A stretch of DNA of 54,532 nucleotides, taken from positions 1 to 54,532 of the forward strand of contig JAPEUG010000077.1 in assembly GCA_026025795.1 (NCBI GenBank). The letters run 5' to 3'. Position numbers and translations under genes: made by a program. Source of the DNA: Thelocarpon superellum (Eukaryota). Below are positions 44,897 to 54,532 of this stretch, piece by piece. A model generated the notes under the pieces. The model saw nothing but the letters and a program-made list of their open reading frames with translations. It was not told the DNA's origin and ran no database searches. How positions within the stretch are numbered: the stretch's first letter is position 1; each line of letters starts with the position of its first letter.

Positions 44897-46761
44897 TCAG
44901 AACAGCTTCTGGCTCGCGATCCTAGGTTGCACCGGCTGAGTAGGGAGTTGGTCTCGATCACCACCTCGCGGCTGGAGCAGCGCCTGACACAACAACGCCG
45001 CGGCCACGCTCACGTTCAAGCTATCGACGCCACCTTGGCCGAGACGACTGCCCTCAATGCCTACCTCATGATCCGCTTTCTTTCTCACCATCCACCGCAA
45101 TCCATCCCCTTCGCTGCCAAACACGAGCAGACAGGGCGCTTGGCGCAACGGCGCTCCCACGTCGGCCATAGCAAGGTAGTTTTCGGACGCGCCGGCAGCA
45201 CGAGACGAGACGGGCATTGGCGCTACGGCGGCCAGCATTTTCCATCCATTTTGCCGGGCATTGTCCACGAAGGAAGTGGGATTGCCCACGGACATGAGCG
45301 GGATGTTCTCGGCCGCACCGGCAGAGGCCTTGAGCACAACAGGAGAGATGGGAGCACTATCGCAAGAATGCGGATGAGCCATCAGGCTCAACCCCAACAG
45401 GCTGAGATCGCCTTACCTGTTTCGCTGCGAGATGGCAATCGCATCGACTCCAAAAAAGTAGGCAGAGCGGAAGATGGCACCCAGGTTGCCGGGGTCAAGC
45501 TACAGCGCTGCTGTCAGCGTCCGACCTGAATTCCGGCTGGGCGGAACACTCACGATTCCGTCGAGCATGACAATCAGCGGGAAGCGGTCACGAGGCCCAG
45601 AGCGAGGAAGCATATTGCTGATTCCGTTGATCTCTTCTTCCTCCCGCGACTGTTGGTGAAGTATCAGAGGCAGATGCTCGCTTCCATACACTACGCGATC
45701 CAGCCCAATCACGGGAAGTTTGGGGAGCGGAGATGCCTCCAGAATGTAGCCCTGTGTGTACTTCATCAGTGCCTCTTCGTCTTCTTCCTCATCGTACTTT
45801 CACATACGTTGTGTGGCCGGCCAGCGCTCAGCTTGTCCATCAGTCGAATCCAGTCGCCATGCACTCCTACGGCCTCGACCCCGGCGGACTGGGCCATCTT
45901 CCGCACGGCGTCATCTCGCCTCAGCTCTTCTCGATTCGCGCCCTCGTACACATAGAGTTTGTACAGCTTCCGGCGGTGGGCTTGCAGAGCGGCGGTAACA
46001 GCCGAGGTGCCGTAGAGGAACTCAGATGATGACTTGGTGTACGGGATGGAGAGCGGCACCGTAGTCGGGCGCCGCCGTGGCGTGGACTCACTGGCTTGAC
46101 TGGATTCAAAAGGGCGTGCGGGCACTTCCTCGCGCGGAAACATCGAGCTTCTGTCTTTTCCAAACATCATTGCTCTCCGCTCCTCTCGATTCAAGGGACG
46201 CTGGATCCCCGACGAGTATGGGGGGTCTTTGACGAAGTTTCTTTCACGCTTGAGCACACTCTCAGTATCTCTCTCCTTTCTCATATCTCGACGATGCTCC
46301 AGCTGGGGACCTTCGCGACCTCCATCTCTCTGTGCCTGGCTCGGTGGATTGCCATATGATTTGCGACCCTCTTGCTCTCCTTTCTGGGAGCGTAACCAGA
46401 CGTTACCATCACGGTCAAAACCTTGAGCTTTTCTTCGCTCTTTTGGCTGAGAGAAAGGAGCCTCATCGACATCTGTTCTGGCTTTTCGGCCCAGGTGGTC
46501 TTGGCTCTCTGGTCTGTTGGGCCCATCTGCCCGCCGTGGATTTCTTGTCGACCAGTGTTTGTCAGAACGGAGGTTGCGGTATCGTTCATCAGGCTGGCTC
46601 GAACGAGCACTGCGTTCGACAGATGGTCCTGACTGCGAACGACGAAAGCCGCGGTGTATGGCCGAGCTCAAGGATTTCTCCCTTCGACACATGTAGAATG
46701 GGGAATGGATTGGTGGCGGAAGCCGTCGACAACGAGTGGCACTCAGGCCAGATCTGATCAT
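44897..46761 (-). CDS. MRM1: Mitochondrial rRNA 2'-O-methyltransferase (SpoU/TrmH family)
   Basis: Arg/Ser-rich presequence. Motifs PLSIPYT..SEFLYGTSAV.AAL..RRKLYKLY, MDKLSAGRPHNGYILEASPLP, LDGILDPGNLGAI.RSAYF.GVD, LKASAGAAE, GSEGDGLR, VDSLNVSVAAA. Four exons. Confidence 0.94.
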
Positions 46762-47550
46762 GGCAATGAAAGGCTAGACTGTCCACGCCTCCCTACATCA
46801 GCAGCTTCGTGGTATGGAAGAACGGAGGATTAGATGTGCTCACCTTGATCCGAGACCAGACGAAAGGCGAGTGTGCTGGTGGCTAGAAAGAGAGACTTGA
46901 TGCAGTCCGCCGTCATCATCTTCACCGAACAGCATCTAACGTTGGGACCGTAAAGGATCTGATTTCACCGGCCGCTACTTCATCTGGTATTGTGAAGTTT
47001 TTCGCAGATTGTTGCTGTGTTGAAGCGCAGCAAACAGCGGCTATAGGTTGAGGTGACAGGCGAATTGCCGGTGCAGAAGCTCGCCCAAATCTCGAGGAGC
47101 TTAACCGACGCTTGGGAGAACAGGGACCAGGGACCACGGGCCTTGGTGATGTCAGCCGAGCCGCACGAAACCTCATATTTCTACTTAGGAGTGTCGCAGT
47201 CACTTAGCTGGCGCGTCAGCGCTCGCTCGAACGCGTCCCCTCCTCGCGTATCACGGCCCCTACGGGCAGCATCTTTAAACCATCAATTCACTATCAGATC
47301 TAATGTGGTCTCAAACCCCATCCGATCTCAGCCCGTCTGCCTTTGTGGACTGCAGCTGACCCATCCATCTCCACAGTATCTGTGCGGTGATGGTTGGCCT
47401 CTAATTGGCAAGGTTCGCGTCTGCCTGTACGCGATCTGTATAGCTTGTGCCATGCGGCTTTGGATGTGACAAACTCACCTCTACGGCTCTTGCATTCGAC
47501 GGATCAGCGGCGGTTTGTATGTTGATTTCCACACTGCTCGATGGTCTATC

Positions 47551-50500
47551 ATGAGGCCTGTTTCAGAGCCAGAGAATGAAGTGCGAGAAACAGTATCGAC
47601 GAGGGAGTCAACGACTATGGACATGCCTGAGGATTCGGCCGCCGCCGAGGGTGGACAATCCGAGTCTGGAACCGCATCGGAGCATGCCACGCCTAGCCTC
47701 ATAGACAGGCCTAGGCCGCGCCTCAAGAAATTCACTCCTTTCGCTGTGGAGGTGCCTCCAATCGGGAATCGCTTAGAGTACAAGGAGTTTTCCGAGGACA
47801 TCATCGTCGGAAGAGTCGTCGAGGAAGCCCGCGATGTTCAAGGTCGGGTGAGCTACGAAGTCAAGCTTGCGGATGGAAGTTACGTCACCGTGAGTCGTTC
47901 TTTCCTTCCCTGTGTGGCATTGTCGTCCGTCAACGGTCGATCACTTGGCTGGGTCAGACGGAGGCTCATCGTCGTTGGCTCATCAGATTCCCTTCACCCG
48001 GCTCTTGACTCGTCCAAATGGCCCGCAGGCCCTGAATGCCTTCCACAGCGTCTCATTGCCATCTCGTGAGGAACAAACATCCAGTCAAGACGACGCCGCA
48101 TCCATGACGTCGGAAGCCATGAGTGCCTCCCATCGGCGCCAAGCTTCAGCCAAACGAAGTCGTCCTACTGGCTTCGTGGACTCGGAAATGCTGGACCTAT
48201 CCGATGAAGACAGTACCTTCGTGATGGGAAAGAGTGCACGGCATCCTGGCCGTCGTTCTGGACGACCATCGCGTCCCGATCGTATCAGCACACCTGACTA
48301 TGAGGACTCGTCATCGAAAACGTCGGACGCTGTGCTTTCGCCCGAGATTGCTAGGGCCCGTCACGGCCGAGCGACCCGGGCTCGTGGTAGAGAATCTCGG
48401 CCAGGCAAGGCAGCGACTGACGAAGAAGACCCCGAAGATGGCTATGACCAACGCCGCTCCCGCTCCTCCAGTAGCGAAAGCCTTCCATTCGTCACTTCGG
48501 ATCTCTATCCACCATCCAAGGCCCAACTACAGCGCATGAAGCGCCGCAGTGCCGCAAAACGAGGACAGCCGTTTACCGCCGGTCGGACAAAGCGCCAGGC
48601 AAAGCGTACGCGTCGGAGTGTATCACCGCGCCTAGCCACGAGACGGTCCGATCGAGCAGGTCGGGCCGCCACAAGTATGAAAGAGCGCATCGAGGATGAC
48701 ATCTGGGCATCGGAGAAGGAGGCCTCTGTCGCGGCCGCACCCAAAGCAGTTGGTGCCCGAGAGACCTTTCAGGAACTGCCTCGGACCAGCAGCTTTCGCC
48801 ACATCCACATGCTGTGGTGCGATGCGTGCGGGACCTATGGCACCTCCAGCGAACGCGGTCCCCTCGTCTTCTGCCAGGGATGCAGCATCGCCTATCATCG
48901 ACTCTGCCTGGGACCCCGAAATCAGCGCGACCATCTCGTGTCCAAGGTCGGGGATCAAGATTTCGTCCTCCAATGTCGACGCTGCATCTCCGTGGCGGCA
49001 CGGAAAGATGACACGGCCCCGCGTCAAGACATGTGCCAGGCCTGTCGCGAACCGGGCCGAGCGTGTGAACCTTTTCGTCACAGGAAAACCGCCCGGCAGG
49101 AGGAGAAGGAGCGAGAAGAGAACGGGGGACGAGATCCAGTCACGGAGGTCGATATGTCCCTGCTCAATAAGGCCGAAAACGTGCTTTTCCGTTGTGGGGG
49201 CTGCTACCGCGCCTTTCACTTCCAACACCTGCCGTCCCGGGCCGATCCAGACAAAATGGACACGTACGACGACGGAGACAGCCTGGCTGATCGGCGTTTT
49301 GCCGAGTATTGCAAGGATTGGCGATGTGCTGAATGCGTCGCCGCACCCGGGAAAGTGCAAGGTCTGGTGGCGTGGCGTCCGAGCAACACCGACACGTACA
49401 TCGCGGGCGCGACAGTGGAGATGGTGGCAGAAGACGAAAAGGAGTATCTGGTCAAATGGGAGAAGCTGTCCTACTTTCGGGCGACATGGATGCCAGGCGC
49501 CTGGGTCTGGGGCGTGACGGTGAAGGCGATGCGAAAGGCCTTTGAAAAGAAGGGATCGGGCCCCAATTGGCCCAAGATGACCGCCGAGGAGGCGATCCCC
49601 GAGGAGTATCTACGCATCGATATTGTTCTCGACGTCCGATACACGAGTATCGTCCGCATCCATACCGAAGACGTCGACCGCGCCCGGATCCGAGAGGTCA
49701 GCGAGGCTTACGTCAAGTACAAAGGATTGGGCTACGAGGAGGTCGTGTGGGAGCGGGTACCGGGCCCGGATGACGGTGACCGGTGGAAAGACTTCGTGGT
49801 GGCATACGAAGACTGGGTCTCGGGACGGTACATCCACTTGCCCAAACCGCATTTTCTCCGTGAGCGACTGGAAAAGGCTCGAGCCAGCAACTTCGAGTTG
49901 AAGCTCTTGAAGTCGAAACAGCCCGAGAAGCTTACGGGCGGGAAGATGATGGCCTACCAGATGGAAGGACTCAACTGGGCCTATTTTAAATGGTACAAGG
50001 GTCAAAATGCCATCTTGGCGGATGAGATGGGACTGGGCAAGACGATCCAGGTCATCGGCCTGCTGGCTACCTTGATCCAGGATCATAAGTGCTGGCCCTT
50101 CCTTGTCGTCGTGCCCAACTCGACTTGTGCCAACTGGCGACGAGAGCTCAAGCACTGGGCACCCTCGCTCCGCGTCGTCACCTTCTTCGGATCGGCGCAC
50201 GCGCGCAAGCTGGCCATGGACTACGAGCTCCGTCCAAACGGGTCCAAGGATCTGCAATGTCATATCGTCGTGACCTCCTACGAAACGCCCATCGACGAAG
50301 CAGGGAAGCGCTTCTTCAACAGCGTAGCTTGGGCCGGGTTGATCGTGGATGAAGGGCAGCGGTTGAAGAACGACAAGAATCTGCTGTATACAGCACTGAG
50401 TGGCCTCAAGGCGCCGTTCAAGCTCTTGTTGACGGGAACACCGCTGCAGAACAACGCACGAGAGCTGTTCAATCTGCTGCAGTTCCTCGACCCGGAGGTC

Positions 50501-52721
50501 AAGGCGACGGAGCTGGAGGTAGAGTATGCGGAGCTCACCAAGGAGAATGTGCCGAAGCTGCACGATCTGATCCGGCCTTTCTTCCTGCGTCGCACCAAGG
50601 CGCAGGTGTTGACCTTTTTGCCGCCCATGGCGCAGGTCATCATCCCCGTGTCCATGACCGTGGTGCAGAAGAAGCTGTACAAGTCCATCCTGGCGAAGAA
50701 TCCGGAGCTGATCAAGAGCATCTACGGCCGACACAGGGTCAAGCAGACCGAGCGACACAGTCTCAACAACATCTTGATGCAACTACGCAAGTGCCTCTGC
50801 CATCCGTTTGTCTACAGTCGGGCCATCGAAGAGCAGACGGCGAACGCGGCGACGTCGCATCGAACCTTGGTAGAGGCGTCGTCCAAGCTGCAGCTGCTAG
50901 AGATGATGTTGCCCAAGTTGCAAGAGCGGGGACATCGGGTGTTGATCTTCAGTCAGTTTCTCGCCATGTTGGACATTGTCGAGGACTTTTTGGACGGCCT
51001 CGGTCTTCCGTTTCAGCGACTGGACGGATCCACGGGAAGTTTGGAGAAACAACGACGGATTGATGCCTACAATGCATCAGGGTCGACTCTCTTTGCCTTT
51101 CTCCTGTCGACTCGCGCTGGTGGGGTAGGGATCAATCTGGCAACGGCGGACACGGTGATCATCCTGGACCCGGACTTTAATCCGCATCAAGACGTCCAGG
51201 CGTTGTCCCGAGCCCATCGGATCGGGCAGAAGAAGAAGGTGCTGGTGTTTCAGCTGATGACGCGAGATAGCGCGGAAGAAAAGATTGTACAGGCGGGACG
51301 AAAGAAGATGGCGTTGGATCATATCTTGGTGGAGCAGATGGACGCGACCGAGGATGCGGACATTGATCTGGAGTCGATTCTGATGCATGGTGCTGCGGCC
51401 TTGTTCGACGACGACGGGGAGCGCGACATTCATTACGACTCCGCATCGGTCGACAAGCTGTTGGATCGGAGTCAGGCAGAGAACACTAAAGTAGGGGAGG
51501 ACAATTCGGCCGAGTCGCAATTCAGCTTTGCACGGATCTGGGCCAACGATCGTGATGAGCTTTGTGAAGGTTTCGACGAGGACGACAAAGACGCGATGCC
51601 AGATCCAACGGTGTGGGATAAGATCCTCAAGGAACGGGAACGCGAGGCGGCTAGGGATCTGGCTGCTCGACAGGAGACATTGGGACGTGGGAAGCGACGT
51701 CGTCAGGTGTGTCAAATTCTCGGGGGCGAGAGTACCATGGCTAACGTGGGCGTTGACACAGGCGGTGGAATATCACGAGGCGATGATGCAAGATCTGGGA
51801 GACGCACACTCCCCACTGATGCGACCAACGGCCTCGGATTCAGGCGACACCGACTTCCAAGCGAGGGACGCGGACGAGGTAGAGGAAGAGTATGAAGAGG
51901 GGGGTGTATCGATGGATGAAATTTCCAAGGAACGGGTGACGTTGGGAGGAGAGGTGAAGGGACAGGGTTTGAGACAGACAAAGACACCGGGTGGGCGAGG
52001 GCAAATCCCTCTCGCCCGCAGCGGACCAGCAACGACCAGTTCCACCACCAAGACGAAAGCAGAGACCAGGCCGGGATCAGCCAACCTTCCATACATGCTC
52101 CAACCCGTCTATCCTCCACCGGGGCAATTCCGGCCGATATTTGGCCCAGCCCCAACGGCACCGATGTACCAGACACGCCCTTTACCCAACCCGGCATCGG
52201 GGACCGCGGCGACCATGAACCCCAACCTTTACCTGCGCGTACCGCCACGGTCTCAGATCGCCACGCCCCACATGCGGGCGAAGCTGCCGACTCCCCTACC
52301 GCTCCCCCTCTCCCAAGCCCTCACCTACCCCATCTGTCCAGCATGCAAAGCCGCACACCAGACGGGCTCATGCCCACTCAAGCTCGCGACGTTAGAGCTG
52401 TGTCCGCTTTGCCACCAGGCGCATTTCGGGGACGGGCCGGCGTGCGCGCATCTCCGCTCCGAGGTGCAGGTTCGCGCCATGCTCGAGGCGCTGAAGATGA
52501 GTACGGAGGACAAGGAGCTGAAAGCGCTAGCGGTTACGTATCTCCGAGGCCGAAAGGGGCACTTGGTTCGTAGGAATCGGCTAGCTGCTGAGACGGGATT
52601 GGACGTGAGGGCTTTCGACGGGGTGGGGGGGATGGGAGAGGAAGTTGATGCGGATGGAAGGGTGGCGGTGGTAGGGGAGAATGAAAAGGCGATGGCAGGG
52701 GAGAGTATGCACGGTGGTTGA
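47551..52721 (+). CDS. MIT1: Mit1/CHD3-like PHD-chromo-SNF2 chromatin remodeler (SHREC/NuRD type)
   Basis: Introns at 47890-47986 and 51707-51761. Two PHD-like fingers, chromo-like segments (EYLVKWEKLSY, YVKYKGLGYEEVVWE), ATPase motifs ADEMGLGKT, VDEGQRLKN, TGTPLQNN, FLLSTRAGGVGINLATAD, QALSRAHRIGQ, and a C-terminal CxxC..H..CP..CxxC..H zinc module. The start (47551 or 47617) is uncertain. Confidence 0.9.
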
Positions 52722-52733
52722 TGGAGCAGAGGA

Positions 52734-52797
52734 GAGAAGAGAAGAGAAGAGAAGAGGAACAATAAATGTACAATAGAACAGCATAGCATAGCATAGC
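52734..52797. repeat. 3'-UTR microsatellites flanking a poly(A) signal
   Basis: (GAAGA)n at 52734-52756, AATAAA at 52761-52766, (AGCAT)n at 52780-52797. Confidence 0.75.
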
Positions 52798-53019
52798 GGA
52801 GGAGGGCAAAGCGCAGCATTAGGGGATTAACCAAATCAATCCATCATTCGTTGAAACGTGACCATAAATTTGACTCTCCTTGGTTTGATTTGAGCGTCAA
52901 GATGCAATATTCCGGCGATCAGACTCATTCGTGGCACCCAAGACGGGTTGGGTCTTGCCGCTTGATTGTTTCAACGACGAAGGCTTGTCGTTTCCGTCCA
53001 TTACATCTGATCGACGTAG

Positions 53020-53648
53020 TCATATGTCAGCTAGCCAAAGCCCTATTCTTTCCTGCACTTCCACTCCATCTCCCCTCCCATGCAGCAGGCGCTCCAGCAG
53101 AGCAGGAAAACGACCTCCGACTCGACGGACTGCACCTCGCAAAATTTCCAGTTCCTCGTCATCCATTCCCACGTGACCAAACCCTGCATCACTCCCTTCC
53201 ATCAGGGTGAGGATAAAGTATAGATCCCTGCCGTCCTGGATCTTTCCACGTCCATCTGCCGCGAGTCCTTTTCCTAGGTGCCAGTTCTGCCAATCCAGCC
53301 CGATACCCGCCCAGTCCCGGCCGCGCATTGCGAATGCTTGGCACAAAACCGCCCCCATGGACAAGAATTCGAATGGCACTGTCATCTCATTGCTGGCCGC
53401 ATATGTCCAGGAGTGCATAGCGTCGCGTGTAAAGCAGGGGTCCTGGCGTGCAGCCTCCACGAAAGCAGACAGCGCCTCGGCGGTCACTACAACGTCCACG
53501 TCCTCAGTTGGCTGATCACCACCCAATGCCAGCATCGATGTGCCCCCATTGGCACAAAGCTTTCTCGCAGGATGGGCGGAACTGGCGCAGCCGCAACAGA
53601 AAAAGCTTCGAATAAGGCTTTACGCAGCCCCTCGCCGATAACCGGCAT
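53020..53648 (-). pseudogene. Frameshifted pol-beta-fold nucleotidyltransferase-like gene (pseudogene or assembly error)
   Basis: The frame from ATG 53648 (MPVIGEGLRKALFEAF...SFVPMG) joins the downstream frame (TSMLALGGDQPTEDVDVVV) only if one G is added at 53543-53547. That restores hGG-x11-E-D-V-D-hh. Further likely shifts lie at 53352-53356 and near 53278. Confidence 0.6.
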
Positions 53649-54248
53649 GGTGACTTTGGCTCTGCTGAGATGCACCGTCGAATGATGAGTGCGTGTGCCA
53701 AAGAAGGGAGGCTGATGTATACATGTACCGTCACTCTGATCAACGGCAAGCGCGACGTAGAGTTCGGGTGTTCTGAGCGCGAGGAGGTGAAACGATCTAC
53801 CTTGAGGACATGGTGTCAATACGTCAGTCATTTCGCAACTTGCAGTCTTGGAACGCATACCTGAAGCCAAGTGTCTACCTACACCCCGAGTATCGGGGAA
53901 TGAGAAGGGTCGTTCTCTGCATAAGCTTGATTGGTTGATGAGTTGGCGAAAGTGGCGCTCGATGAAATAGTGCTATACGCCTGCGTATGACGTACGGTTG
54001 TTCCCAGGTCGCGGGACGAAGTGCCGTGACCACGATATATTTGTTGGATTCGCGAGCTAGTTAATGAGGGAAGCAACTTACAGCCCCACTTCACATACGC
54101 ACGGAGCAGAACAGAGAAATGAAAAGAAAAGAAAAGACTTAATTCTCATTCTCAGTCTCGTTCTCGTTCTCATTTCAACCTGGTCTGCTCTTCCCACCCC
54201 AATTCTCTCCTCTCCACTGCATCATATTCACTCATCGTCATTATCACC

Positions 54249-54532
54249 CTACTTCTCCACCATCTTGGACGCCTTTCCTCCGTTCACTCCCCCCGGCATC
54301 TCCTCGTCGCTGGCATCGAGGATGTCGTATTCGTCATCGGTGCAGAAGCCGTCGTTGTCCGAGTCATCCAGCTCATCTTCATGCTCGTGCTCGTGTTCGT
54401 GCTCACCCTCCTCATCGTCTTCGTCATCTTCGTCGGCGATCGTGAGACTGGCTACCTCCGACGCGAGATGATGCTCGTCATCCTCGCCCGTGGTGGCCTC
54501 GTGCGTGCTGTTCATGGGCGATTCCTTCTCCA
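54249..54532 (-). CDS. C-terminus of an NBR1-like (ZZ-type) selective autophagy receptor (gene enters from the window's right end)
   Basis: Reads EKESPMNS..., an acidic tract, then GFCTDDEYDILDASDEE. Both motifs match my recollection of Pezizomycotina Nbr1 tails, and YDIL after acidic residues is an AIM/LIR. Confidence 0.72.
   Translation of the reverse strand, partial: EKESPMNSTHEATTGEDDEHHLASEVASLTIADEDDEDDEEGEHEHEHEHEDELDDSDNDGFCTDDEYDILDASDEEMPGGVNGGKASKMVEK

Noticed and set aside
44134..44964. 276-aa minus-strand ORF containing ATFATFAAFATF
   Set aside because: It spans the MRM1 3' end and intergenic DNA, and the peptide repeat is just the 9-bp minisatellite.
801..51715. Many long antisense or alternate-frame ORFs (e.g. 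801-1409, 3117-3998, 14999-15829, 29524-30228, 49610-50782)
   Set aside because: They are shadows of real genes, expected from high GC and codon bias. No domains are visible.

Overview
Gene-dense, GC-rich, intron-rich nuclear DNA from a filamentous ascomycete (Pezizomycotina-type GT...CTRAC...YAG introns, mostly 50-100 nt). The six-frame ORF track fragments most genes, so I rebuilt spliced models by hand. I find about 26 protein-coding loci. Conserved housekeeping genes: MIM2 (partial), eIF2-beta, AIM24, XRCC2-like, SOM1, TAF8, COX9, RACK1/ASC1 (with intronic U24 snoRNA), MGR3-like, SRAP/HMCES, peroxisomal ECH1-like, TFB5, PIN3/LSB1, MRM1, MIT1-type remodeler and NBR1-like (partial). Less routine genes: an isochorismatase-AlkB-GST_C fusion, a PY-motif membrane protein, an Rds1/ferritin-like secreted protein, an M35-like secreted protein lacking HExxH, an RGS-LOV photoreceptor, a DUF427 protein, a small Cys-rich secreted protein, an 11-knuckle CCHC protein, two tandem CCCH paralogs and a frameshifted nucleotidyltransferase-like gene. 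I saw no tRNA, rRNA, CRISPR array or intact transposon, and no single clearly new multi-gene system. The best leads are a structured RNA in COX9 intron 2, a U24 copy with a replaced second guide, the triple-enzyme fusion next to SRAP, the secreted pseudo-protease, and a repeated head-to-head pairing of mitochondrial with non-mitochondrial genes. Family assignments come from recalled motifs, not from database searches.
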